A stretch of DNA of 64,000 nucleotides from Epithemia pelagica (lineage: Eukaryota > Protista > Bacillariophyta): assembly GCA_946965045.2 (NCBI GenBank), contig OX337234.1:1364001-1428000 (forward strand), in the 5' to 3' direction. The position numbers and the translations under genes are program-made. Below are positions 22,888 to 32,553 of the stretch, piece after piece (positions within the stretch are counted from its first letter, which is position 1; every line of letters starts with the position of its first letter). Under the pieces are notes generated by a model that saw nothing but the letters and a program-made list of their open reading frames with translations, was not told the origin of the DNA and did no database searches.

Positions 22888-24348
22888 TTATACCATTTCT
22901 CGGAGACTATCTTCAATGATACCCAGGCACGTATCAATCTCCTCTTTGGTAATGGTCAAGGGCGGTGCAAATCGGATAATGTTCCCATGCGTCGGTTTGG
23001 CCAACAAGCCACGTTTCATCATGAGGAGGCAGAGATCCCACGCCTTGCCATCATCTCGGTAATCGCCCTTGGGTTGATTGATGACAATGGCATTGAGTAA
23101 GCCACGACCACGAACTTCCGTCATTTCCGTGTGAGGCACCATGCTTTCCAATCCCGCTCGAAGTTGAGCGCCACGAGCCAGGGCGTTCTCATCCAGCTTT
23201 TCATCCCTCAATACCTCCAAGGCGGCAATCGACACTTTGCATGCCAAGGGATTGCCACCGTAGGTGGACCCATGTTCACCGGGTTTCATGGTGAGCATAA
23301 TTTCATCTGAAGCCAAGACAGCCGAGACGGGCATGACACCACCGGATAAGGCCTTGCCCAAAATAATCACATCGGGACGACAGGCATCATGGTCGACGGC
23401 CAATCGGTATCCCGTGCGACACAATCCCGTCTGTACTTCATCGGCGATCAACAAGACATTGTATTTCTGACAAAGTTCCTTGGTTTGGGCCATGTAACCA
23501 TCGTCAGGAACCACCACACCTGCTTCCCCCTGAATAGGCTCCACCATAAAGGCCGCAATATTCTTGCCCTGAAAAGAAAATACGTAGCAGTACGAAACGA
23601 CAGCGTGTGAGACTGCAAAATCCTGGTTTGATCCTCATCCTACGTAAAGCAAGGTAAACGAACATACATCTTTTTCGAGTTCCCGTTCGAGTGCTCCTAA
23701 ATCATTGTAGGGGACCGAAGAAAATCCAGGCATGTAGGGTCCGAATCCTTCGTAGGAGGACGGATCGTCTGAGGAAGAAATGGCCGCCATGGTTCGTCCC
23801 CAAAAGTTTTGATTGGCAAACAAAACACGTGCTTGATTGGGGGCAATGCCCTTGACATCGTAGCCCCATCGACGAGCCAATTTGACAGCCGTCTCTCCCC
23901 CTTCGACGCCCGTGTTCATGGGCAAGACGCGGTCGTAGCCAAAGTAGGATGTAATAAACTCGGCATATTCCCCCAAGACGTCATTGTGAAAGGCTCGACT
24001 GGTAAGTGTCAGTTTTTGTGCTTGATCAATCATGGCTTGTACAATTTTGGGATGACAGTGACCTTGATTGACGGCCGAATAGGCGGACAAAAAGTCATAA
24101 TATTCCTTCCCATCCACATCGTACACGCGCGTTCCTTTTCCTTCCTTCAACACCACAGGAAGGGGATGGTAGTTGTGGGCCCCGTATTTGTCTTCCAGCT
24201 CCATGCATCGTAAGCTGGCTTCCGAATACGTCGTCGAGTTGATGGGTTCCGTCGCCGCCGTCGACAACGAACGACACGTCGTCGACGACGAGATTCTAGA
24301 AGAAATCCTGGTCGAAAACTTGGGCAAACATCGATGAACAAACATCAT
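22888..24348 (-). CDS. OAT: Ornithine aminotransferase, mitochondrial-type presequence; 2 exons (24348-23668, 23568-22888), 99-bp intron 23569-23667
   Basis: [76 protein letters not shown]...TTTCAG splicing joins LEKD|[11 protein letters not shown] in frame. Confidence 0.97.
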
Positions 24349-24627
24349 GGCGTACTAGGACTTGTAGGTATGACAATCAATCAATGAATACGAGAAGGAA
24401 TCGTGGCTTTCAAGTGTGTCAATCTCCCATTGACGTCTCTCTCATTCTCAGAGAGAACTGAGAACGACGAATGATTTGTTCTGGTCATTGTTTGACAGAT
24501 TTTTTTTGTCATGCATTGCGAACATTCTCCAGTCGCTTATTTCATCTCTTCCAGATCGCTCTGGAAAAATCTGCGAATATCGAGCTGGCGCTCCTTCTGT
24601 TGTAGGAGTAGGTAGTAGACCTAGAAC

Positions 24628-25097
24628 TTATTTTGCGGCGTACAGGGCGATCAAACCAGCAATGAAAGGAAGTGCAATGAAGGCGACTCCTGCGATAGCA
24701 AGTGGGATCTTCTCCTGGTCTGTCATTTTATCGGTATTCCTAAAATAGATCAATGCATACAGCAGCGAAACTAGAAAGTGAGTAGATCGCAAAAAAGGCC
24801 TCTAAGGAGCCAGTGCGTATCAAGCACCGGACACACTCAATGCAATGATCTAAGTAAACCAATGAAAAAAAAAACTACTCACGTTGCAAAGAATTCATCG
24901 GGCTCAGAATCGCGGGTCAGGGCATCACGCTCCTTCTCGGGATAAATGAATAACTTTGGATCAAGTCGTCCCTTGGGACTGCTAGTGAACGTAGGAACCG
25001 ACAACATCTGCGACTTCGGAGCGAAAGCATCAGAAGTCGAAAGAGTTGCAATCGCAACTAAGACGAACGTCCATGTTAGTTGAGATAGTGTCATCAT
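24628..25097 (-). CDS. Small (108 aa) plastid-targeted protein with C-terminal TM helix; 2 exons (25097-24883, 24739-24628), intron 24740-24882
   Basis: Signal peptide + DAFAP motif. GTGAGT...TTTTAG splicing gives ...EPDEFFAT|NTDKMTDQEKIPLAIAGVAFIALPFIAGLIALYAAK*. Confidence 0.85.
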
Positions 25098-25493
25098 GAT
25101 TGGGCAATAAGTGTTGTAAATATTTCTGATCCTATGCATGCATGTTACATACTTGTACTTGTCGAGGTGCTGGAGCTTTGACGATCATCCCGTGCGTGGA
25201 TCGGACGCGTAGAATACTCGTATGTACGTACGTACTGACTGTAAGGTACTCTTACTAAGTAGTCTACGAGCTCGTAAAAAAAAGAGTGAGTGAGTCATTT
25301 TTGTAGTCTCATCTCACAGTCAGTTTGAAAATAAAGAGGAAGGGTCTGTCCTTGCGTCCTAAAGTTTGCCATTAGTGAATTTGGCGATTTCATAAAGAAG
25401 ACGACTTTTGAATGCAAGGTGTTTTTGTTGAGTGATAGTTCAAAATGATGCACATCATCAATAATCAACCGGTACCATACTACGCCTTTAACA

Positions 25494-26234
25494 ATGACGG
25501 AAGATAGAGATGAGAGGTTTTCTACGAGTGCAGATAACGTGCAAACAACTGTAAGGCAGGACCAAGAAGATAACGAAGACACGGAGAATCCAGCTGAAGA
25601 TAGAACTGAGAGTATTTCTACAAGTGCAGATAACGCGCAAACAACTGCGAGGCAGGACCAAGAAAACAACAAAGACAGGAAGAATCCACCTGAAGATAGA
25701 GCTGAGAGTATTTCTGCAAGTGTAGATAACGTGCAAACAACTGTAAGGCAGGACCAAGAAGATAACGAAGACACGAAGAATCCAGCTGAAGATAGAACTG
25801 AGAGTATTTCTACAAGTGCAGATAACGTGCAAACAACTGTTAGGCAGGATCACGAAAACAACGAAGACGCGGAGAATCCAGTGGACGACGACACTGTGAT
25901 ATTTCTCGACCAGACCAGTGGTGATCATAATGATACTGATCATCAAACCACAACTAACATTGCATGGATGGACCAGACCACGGGACCAGAAATGGAGCAG
26001 CGACGAAAATCAGTTTTAATACGTGAACTAAGAAGGGTTCAGCGCGCCAGTTTTTTTCATTTTCTTCTTCTATGTCTCATACCAACGGCGCTGTTGGTCA
26101 TAGTAATCACTACTGCGATTGGCGAAAACGAAGAATGCTACTCGGACATCTCAGATTGTGAATTAGAACCAAGAAGGTTTCTGAACGCTTATACAACCAG
26201 ATGTGTGTGTGAGGCTGTCGACATCTCTTATTAA
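25494..26234 (+). CDS. Hypothetical membrane protein: acidic tandem repeats, TM, Cys-containing C-terminus (5' exon possible)
   Basis: 246 aa; RRKSVLIRELRRVQR, hydrophobic FFHFLLLCLIPTALLVIVI, then C-x6-C...RCVC. Confidence 0.7.
   Translation: MTEDRDERFSTSADNVQTTVRQDQEDNEDTENPAEDRTESISTSADNAQTTARQDQENNKDRKNPPEDRAESISASVDNVQTTVRQDQEDNEDTKNPAEDRTESISTSADNVQTTVRQDHENNEDAENPVDDDTVIFLDQTSGDHNDTDHQTTTNIAWMDQTTGPEMEQRRKSVLIRELRRVQRASFFHFLLLCLIPTALLVIVITTAIGENEECYSDISDCELEPRRFLNAYTTRCVCEAVDISY
25500..25883 (+). repeat. Coding minisatellite, 4 x 96 bp (32 aa)
   Basis: EDRxESISTSADNVQTTVRQDQEDNEDTxNPx four times; units start at 25500, 25596, 25692 and 25788. Confidence 0.95.
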
Positions 26235-26341
26235 AGGCACGCTTGCACTAACCTTAGTTTATGCGTTGCACATGCGTATTCTCGGAGTTTATCTACTTGA
26301 GTAAAAAGATGTTGTTGAAATATTTTTTTCGTTTACATTCA

Positions 26342-28198
26342 TTAATAATTGGTCAAGGCACACCACAACGAATCCTGAATATTGAGACGGTAATATTCAG
26401 TTTTAGGATCCAATGCCACAGGAGAACGTCCAGTGGACGATTTATAATCATTATAAAGTGGAGGAAGTCTAGTAGTAGTAGTAGTAGGCGGAGGAGGTGT
26501 ATCGCCGCCACCACAATAGCCATCGTTGGCATCATCTCCTTGTATCACGGAAACAGGAGCAGCACGGAGAGCTTGAGGCCCCGTTATAGCGTTGACTACA
26601 TGCAGAGAATGAAGTATTAAGTTACTTTCGCAGCCACCACAAGGAGGAAGATAAGGACTGTTCAAACAACGGATCCGCACAAACGCGCAGCCTCCCCCGC
26701 AATTATTATTGTAGTCGTCGCTGCTACTGCCAACAATGTCGCAGTCATTGCATCGGGAGTGCAAACTCGTCGTTCGAAGAATGTCGTTGGCAAACCAGCC
26801 CCCTCCACCTTGTTCCGCAGTGCAACGCTCGAACCAAACGTGATCGTTCAGCGTCAACGCATCCGCGCGATTAATGTTGGCCCCTCCCCCATATCGTCCA
26901 GCGTGACAATGTGTAAAGACCAAATCTTCTAGAGTGACACTACTATTACTAATACTATGCATCCCCTGTAACGAGGGTTCGTTGTCCAAACCGTCTTCAT
27001 CGTTAACGATGTCCACGTAGAGACAGCCGCCGTCGCGAGCTGCAGTATTGCCGACAAACTTGGAATCACGAATGAAAACTTGACGTCCTTGTTGTATGAT
27101 CAAGCCACCTCCGTCATCGTCTTCCGTACTGCTTTGTCCGTGGAGGAAGGAAGAGCCACTCACGGAAACGTCGGGAACACCCCGTATGTACAAAAGAGGC
27201 CGGTCCCATGCACCGGCAGTAGCAAAGTTCTTCTTGTTGCTTCTGCGACCATGCAAGGCAATGTTCTGAAAGGTAAACGAGGCAGCCTTCTCAACAGAAA
27301 AAAGACCCCTCATCTTGTTGTTGTTGGTGGTGGTGCGATCCTGAGCATTCGCAGCAGAACCGAATAAGTAACATGGACTGTCCTCATTTTCGCAAGCAAT
27401 GGTAATGTGCTCTCTTCCAGTAATGCCCCGAACTATGACACCCTCTTGATTGTTGTCCGGTATTAGTGTGGCACCGTTACAAGCATCGAGTCGAATATAT
27501 ATCATATTATTGTCCTTCTGGAAATTGCCTTTGTTCGTATGGCTCAGAATGGCCCGGTCGATGAATGACTGCACGTGTGAAAATGAAGTGCACTCATCAA
27601 GAGGCACCGTATCCCACGTTTCTTCAGAGTAACACAGTTCTTCAGCAGCATCTTGCTGGGTTTCATCAAGCTCGGCCCAGGTTAAATTAGAAGTTGCTGG
27701 AGGATCAGCGAGCCCTTCCCAGATTTCCCGGTTATATCCTAATGCTTCCCAGTGAGTCGCCAAACCATACTTCTCGAGACCTGGCCAAGTGTAGCCGCCG
27801 AAATGGTTTTGGTCGCAGTCCCAATCGGATTCGGTAAATCCCAAGCTCGCCGCAGCTGCTTTTTGAACAGCACTCAGGTCGAAGAATGCAATCGCTTCAA
27901 TATCTGCAGTTCCTGGAGAATTCCATGAATCTTCGGTGTAGCCAAGGACCCCAAGGGCCTCAAGTAAGTCTTTTGTGTAATCATGAACCTCGCCTTCACC
28001 TGAATCGTCTGAATCGTCTAGGCCATCGGTTCCGGCAATCAAATTCGAATAGGTTTGATAGCGGAAGGCGGGCCACTCATATCCATCGGTTATTTCAGCG
28101 GTTATTTGTGTGCTGAGTCCTGCATTTGTGCCTTTTCCAGGTATGATGTCACTAGCAACTAATGGAAGGAGCGAAAGAAGAAATGCATTAATCATCAT
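26342..28198 (-). CDS. Secreted protein with Trp-rich W-x2-L-x3-Q-x2-AA-x2-LG(Y/F)-x3-W repeats and a pectin-lyase-like beta-helix region; 3' exon structure uncertain
   Basis: Signal peptide MMINAFLLSLLPLVAS from 28198; repeats such as FFDLSAVQKAAAASLGFTESDWD and WAELDETQQDAAEELCYSEETWD; later GGGLII, GNTAARDGGCLY, FTHCHAGRYGGG and FERCTAEQGGGG. Confidence 0.7.
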   Translation of the reverse strand: MMINAFLLSLLPLVASDIIPGKGTNAGLSTQITAEITDGYEWPAFRYQTYSNLIAGTDGLDDSDDSGEGEVHDYTKDLLEALGVLGYTEDSWNSPGTADIEAIAFFDLSAVQKAAAASLGFTESDWDCDQNHFGGYTWPGLEKYGLATHWEALGYNREIWEGLADPPATSNLTWAELDETQQDAAEELCYSEETWDTVPLDECTSFSHVQSFIDRAILSHTNKGNFQKDNNMIYIRLDACNGATLIPDNNQEGVIVRGITGREHITIACENEDSPCYLFGSAANAQDRTTTNNNKMRGLFSVEKAASFTFQNIALHGRRSNKKNFATAGAWDRPLLYIRGVPDVSVSGSSFLHGQSSTEDDDGGGLIIQQGRQVFIRDSKFVGNTAARDGGCLYVDIVNDEDGLDNEPSLQGMHSISNSSVTLEDLVFTHCHAGRYGGGANINRADALTLNDHVWFERCTAEQGGGGWFANDILRTTSLHSRCNDCDIVGSSSDDYNNNCGGGCAFVRIRCLNSPYLPPCGGCESNLILHSLHVVNAITGPQALRAAPVSVIQGDDANDGYCGGGDTPPPPTTTTTRLPPLYNDYKSSTGRSPVALDPKTEYYRLNIQDSLWCALTNY

Positions 28199-28409
28199 GA
28201 TTGAAAATTTGAGGATCACCGATTCGCAAGCTGCTTTTTCAGATATTTGTGAGAAAAAGAAAAATTTCAAAATTTGGAATGTCAATTTTTTGGCCAACCA
28301 ACGTCCAATCGTCAAGAGCGTCCGGTATCCCGAAATTATGCGGCGCTTTTCCCCATAAATAATTTAACGTCCCCACTATAACCGTTATTTCAAACATTTC
28401 GCATTTCGG

Positions 28410-28439
28410 TTTTTTTTTTTAATTTTTTTTTTTTTTTTT
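28410..28439 (-). repeat. Poly(A)-like tract on the minus strand (A17-TT-A11)
   Basis: Plus strand T11 aa T17, ~520 bp downstream of the CRN-like stop codon. Confidence 0.9.
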
Positions 28440-28775
28440 GGTCCTCGATCCATCGAACGCTACGAATTACTCGGCGCCGAAATCATCGAGGGCACCTCAC
28501 ACCTCACACCTCCGGCCAGTTGTTCCTGGATTTTTCCATTTCATAATGAATAGTTAGCGAATTTGAAATTAAGATTTAGGTTTTGAATTTGGAGCTTAGA
28601 TTTGAGTTTGAATTTAGATTTAATTTTTTTTTACTCTGTGCGTTTCCCGAAAATACTGAGAAGTCCATTGCTTCCCATCAGCGCTATAGGAGCGCCGGAC
28701 GAGCGGGGGAGCGGTCTGCCACGAGCGTCGTAGGAGCGATATAGGATACGCCACAAAGATCAGCGTAACCACCAC

Positions 28776-28845
28776 GAGCGCGATAGGAGCGGCCTTGGAG
28801 AGCAGTTCGGAGCGCGATAGGAGCGGCCTTGGAGAGTAGTTCGGA
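28776..28845. repeat. 34-bp direct repeat x2 within a GGAGCG/GATAGG-rich tract
   Basis: gagcgcgataggagcggccttggagag(c/t)agttcg at 28776 and 28810. Confidence 0.9.
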
Positions 28846-28963
28846 ACCGGATACGCGATAGGAGAGCCGTCGGAGACGGATATCACCACCCCCACGCGAA
28901 AAAGATTAATTGGAGCGTGTTTCGATCGTACACATCAAAGGGACTTTTTGCGCGACCACGTCA

Positions 28964-31039
28964 TTAGTCTACAGGCTCACCGTGTTTGATGGCTTTTGCA
29001 ACGAATGGGTCCTCTTTCACGACGTAGTACTGAGGAGCCATTCCTCCGAAGTTTGGGATACGTTGCTTGTATGCGCCTCCTGTTTGGGTAGTGACCTCCA
29101 TGAATTGCATCTTTCGGCAAGACTCTGTTGGTGAAATAAAAACTGTAACAACATCGTCCATGAGCCTAATATTGGGATCACGTTTTCGAAGGACGACCTT
29201 GATGGCCTTGAGGTGATCGGTCAAGTTCTGGGCACGGACTATATGCGATGGTTTATCCTGGACGTCGCCACTTCCAGAGACGGTCATTTGTAGTCCGACA
29301 AGTACCAGCAGTCCATCAAGGCTTTGATTCTTGCCAGGCAATCCCTCAAAGAAGGTTGACGCTTTCATCAAGACAAATGAATCGTGCGTCGGGAAGTTGG
29401 TTGCAATTGGTTGAATGTACGCCTTTTCTACGTCGGCGTCGCTTGCGAAGCAAAAATTCTCCAATGAATGACCAGGAAAGTTGAATTGCCGGACAGCGTT
29501 GAAACCAAAACATGCAGTCTGCTTTGCTTTTACATTTCTGACATGTATACGGCTTGCTTCATGACAACCCAGCAAAAAAGCATCCATGTGCGAACTCCCA
29601 CCACCCAGCATCTTGTGCATTTCAATTTCGTATAAGACTCCATAAGGACTTTGCGTTTGGCCCGCAGCACCCAGTGCCGCGACAAGTCTTTGGAGCTCGG
29701 CATTGTTGGAGAGATTGTACTCATCGACGACTTTCCGCGCAATGTAAGAACTGGCGAATCCGACTTGAACATTCTTTCCATCGTTCAGGGGTACCCTGTG
29801 ATAAACTATCGCTTTCGCCTTTGCTGCTTCTTCCTCGCCAAGAGTTTTCTGCTCCGTTACAAAAAGGATCGCATCTTTCAACGTTTGGTTGTCATCCAGA
29901 GCTTCGAATTCGTCCTGGGAGATGGAGATTTCAGCTGGATATGGATTTTCACCTTGAAAGTGTGGCTGCTCCGAATCTGCCCTTGCATTCGGTTCATCGT
30001 TGGAACCTACTGGTGACGCTTCATCACTGTCGTCGTCGCCGGCGGCGGCCCCCTCCATCATTTCATCGTCATCCCCCGTTTCCATCTCCTTTTGCCGTTC
30101 TGAAAAGTGAATGGCACACGCATAGGCAAAGCCGAATGCGTTTCGAGCCGAACCGCCATAGCGCCGGTTACCTTCCATGAGAGCATGAAGTCCTGCTTTC
30201 TTCGAAAGCGGCGAGAGCGCAAAACATCCACTTTGGTAAGCTCTAATAAGCTCTATACCATCCCAGAGATCCATGTAGCGTAAAAATCTTATCGGTGGGA
30301 GCTTAAATTTTCTCAGCTCCTTTTCAAAATCCACATTTCCAGTGGATACATCGTAGAGTGCGAAGGCCTTCATTTGGAGAATGCTGATTGTTTTAGAGTA
30401 ACCAGGATCTCGAACAACGACCGTTTGGCGTTGATTCAGGATCGCCTGAAACTCTTTGCTCGATCCCGGGATTTCTTTTTCGGATCCGGAGCAAAACCAG
30501 AGCGTTTCCTTTCCCACCTTCTTTTCTTGAAGGACAGGGTGTGACTTCTTTTTCGAAAATGCCCAATATTGCTGGCCAAACCAGATAACGACCAGCTTGT
30601 CAGCATCAAACCATTTTCGTGCCGCATAGAGGCCAAACAAAGACTTCCCAATACCGGCAGTACCCGAGACTACGGCCCTCTTGGGCGCACCTGTCCTTCC
30701 CAAGTCATGGTTCTTCACCAACCCGTTGACGAAGTTGAACATCTTGGGGTAGCACTGCCTCACAAAAAGAAGCTGAGCTTCGGCGCTATCGTCCCAGGCA
30801 CCTCCTTCCAATAGGTAAAACGTATGACCATGAAAGCTTTGAGGATCCTTGAAGAGAAGATTCTGTAAAAAAGGCGGAACCTCGTCGTCGAGCGGCGAAG
30901 CTGTCGTACACGCAGAGGCATCCGGAGGAGAGCGGAACCTTGTTTCGTCTGGAACTTCATAATAGAGTATACGCTGTCTCTTACTGTCGCGGACATCCAT
31001 GGTGCTGTCGATGGTGAGCCGTCTTCGTGCTGTCGTCAA
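28964..31039 (-). CDS. Crinkler (CRN)/RHS-like P-loop NTPase + restriction-endonuclease-fold protein, intronless
   Basis: 691 aa; LFVRQCY, Walker A VSGTAGIGKS, MDLWDGIEL, RYGGSAR, FASSYI, GVLYE, PIATNFPTHDSF, GLQMTVS. Confidence 0.82.
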   Translation of the reverse strand: MTTARRRLTIDSTMDVRDSKRQRILYYEVPDETRFRSPPDASACTTASPLDDEVPPFLQNLLFKDPQSFHGHTFYLLEGGAWDDSAEAQLLFVRQCYPKMFNFVNGLVKNHDLGRTGAPKRAVVSGTAGIGKSLFGLYAARKWFDADKLVVIWFGQQYWAFSKKKSHPVLQEKKVGKETLWFCSGSEKEIPGSSKEFQAILNQRQTVVVRDPGYSKTISILQMKAFALYDVSTGNVDFEKELRKFKLPPIRFLRYMDLWDGIELIRAYQSGCFALSPLSKKAGLHALMEGNRRYGGSARNAFGFAYACAIHFSERQKEMETGDDDEMMEGAAAGDDDSDEASPVGSNDEPNARADSEQPHFQGENPYPAEISISQDEFEALDDNQTLKDAILFVTEQKTLGEEEAAKAKAIVYHRVPLNDGKNVQVGFASSYIARKVVDEYNLSNNAELQRLVAALGAAGQTQSPYGVLYEIEMHKMLGGGSSHMDAFLLGCHEASRIHVRNVKAKQTACFGFNAVRQFNFPGHSLENFCFASDADVEKAYIQPIATNFPTHDSFVLMKASTFFEGLPGKNQSLDGLLVLVGLQMTVSGSGDVQDKPSHIVRAQNLTDHLKAIKVVLRKRDPNIRLMDDVVTVFISPTESCRKMQFMEVTTQTGGAYKQRIPNFGGMAPQYYVVKEDPFVAKAIKHGEPVD

Positions 31040-31331
31040 TCAATACCACTCCTAATTCGGCTTTTGCTGGTACGTAGTGTTGCTGTTGCTGTTGCCGTTT
31101 GCCGTTGCTGGTTTGTTTCATACCGTTGACGTTATGACCGTGACGGATGCCGGTCTGTCTGCCTGTGGGATGTTTTTGAGGGTGTGACAAAAGCTGCGAC
31201 ATGCGTAGAATGTACGTAAAAAAAAGAAATACTACCATACGTAGAAACTACGTAAAACCAAGAAATACCATAACGTTCAGGCGAAAAAAAAAAAACGCAC
31301 GTACTACTATTTTACGCGTTATTTTTTATTT

Positions 31332-31822
31332 TCATTTTGGATCAACCTTGCACTCGAACTCAACTGAGTTACTACGTCCCAGTTCGGGATTTTTATATTC
31401 CTCGAATGGAAATGGAGGCTTGACGAAAGCCTTGGTGACGAATTTATTCGTACCGTTGTTGCTTTTCTTCGCCCCCTTTTTAAACTTGATTTGCTTGCTT
31501 GGCGCCATTGTCAAATCCTTTATTCAATACGTTCTTTATAAACGTGAAGTAATATTACTGTGCACTAGATGGGAAATACCACCTTCAAAGAAAACAGTAA
31601 AGAAAATTTACAGTTTAAAAATTATGACGTGATTTTAATCGAAGCTTAAATCACTGACGGGGAGAGTGCAAGCTAGAGGCCTGACCGTACATCCGTAACG
31701 GTTCTAACGGCAAGGTGTCAACCACGCGTTCCGAGGTGTCAAGAGTAGATTAAGATCCATCTTCATTCTAGTTCTTAGTTTCTTACCAGATAGGAATAGA
31801 CTTTCTATCGAAGGGACTTGCA
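31332..31822 (-). mobile_element. Truncated 5' end of a second LTR retrotransposon: candidate 156-bp LTR (31667-31822), leader and first ~58 codons of gag (31508-31332)
   Basis: TGCAAG...CTTGCA inverted termini; MAPSKQIKFKKGAKK...KPPFPFEEYKNPEL...FECKVDP resembles a diatom retroelement gag N-terminus and breaks abruptly into A/T-rich sequence. Alternative LTR limits are TGTCA..TGACA at 31737-31852. Confidence 0.5.
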
Positions 31823-32553
31823 CCTCAACGCAGGTCATTCCCTTAAATGACATGAGGGTCCAAAAACACGAAAAATATTACCAGTGTCACCATTTTTCTC
31901 CAGTGATTCTTTTGGTATATCTGTTATCTACACCTTCTGGGCTATACATCCATGCAAAAATAATCACCTGCCAATAAGTTTCAGAGCTGTAATTGTCAAT
32001 TCCAACTTGTCCAACTTGTTTTTGACAATAGCAGCTCTAAAAATGATCCTTTGCCTTGGATTTTTGCGCATATGAATAGGCAAGAAAATGAAGAATACAG
32101 AGATACCAAAATACAAGGCAAAGAACAATGTTGGCAGTACTGCTTTGGCATGGGAATTTCTGGCAACAGAAGCAGCTAGTACTCCTAGCTAGAGTATATA
32201 TCCCTCTAACACGCGAAACAACATCCTCAAAAAGAGACCAACCATGAACCATGCTGCTATCTACCTAGTACCAACAAACATTCCCAATCTCCCGTAAAGT
32301 TAAATGCGGTTCATTCATTGTACCTTGTTCTCGCATTCTTTTCTCTTTTTTTCACCGAAACAAACGAGACGATTCCCACAACAACAACACAAAAGGAGAC
32401 ATCGGAAAATGGCCATTGACCAACAATGCCATTGACCATGACGGAACGTTTTAGTTTTGGAAGCCTCTGCAACAACATGATGATAATATTTCCCACCCTG
32501 ACAGGACCAACCGGACTACGAGAGGTGGCGTCATAGCGGTCTTGTTTTGTTCT

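Noticed and set aside
25500-25883. Possible CRISPR-like array
   Set aside because: Whole units are similar with no unique spacers, the array is in-frame coding, and the context is eukaryotic.
25295-25946. Hydrophobic minus-strand repeat ORFs
   Set aside because: They are reverse-frame readings of the 96-bp coding repeat on the plus strand.
28320-31345. Helitron interpretation of the CRN cassette (A|TC 5' junction)
   Set aside because: No 3' CTRR with a subterminal hairpin was found, and the interrupted gag does not resume on the other side.
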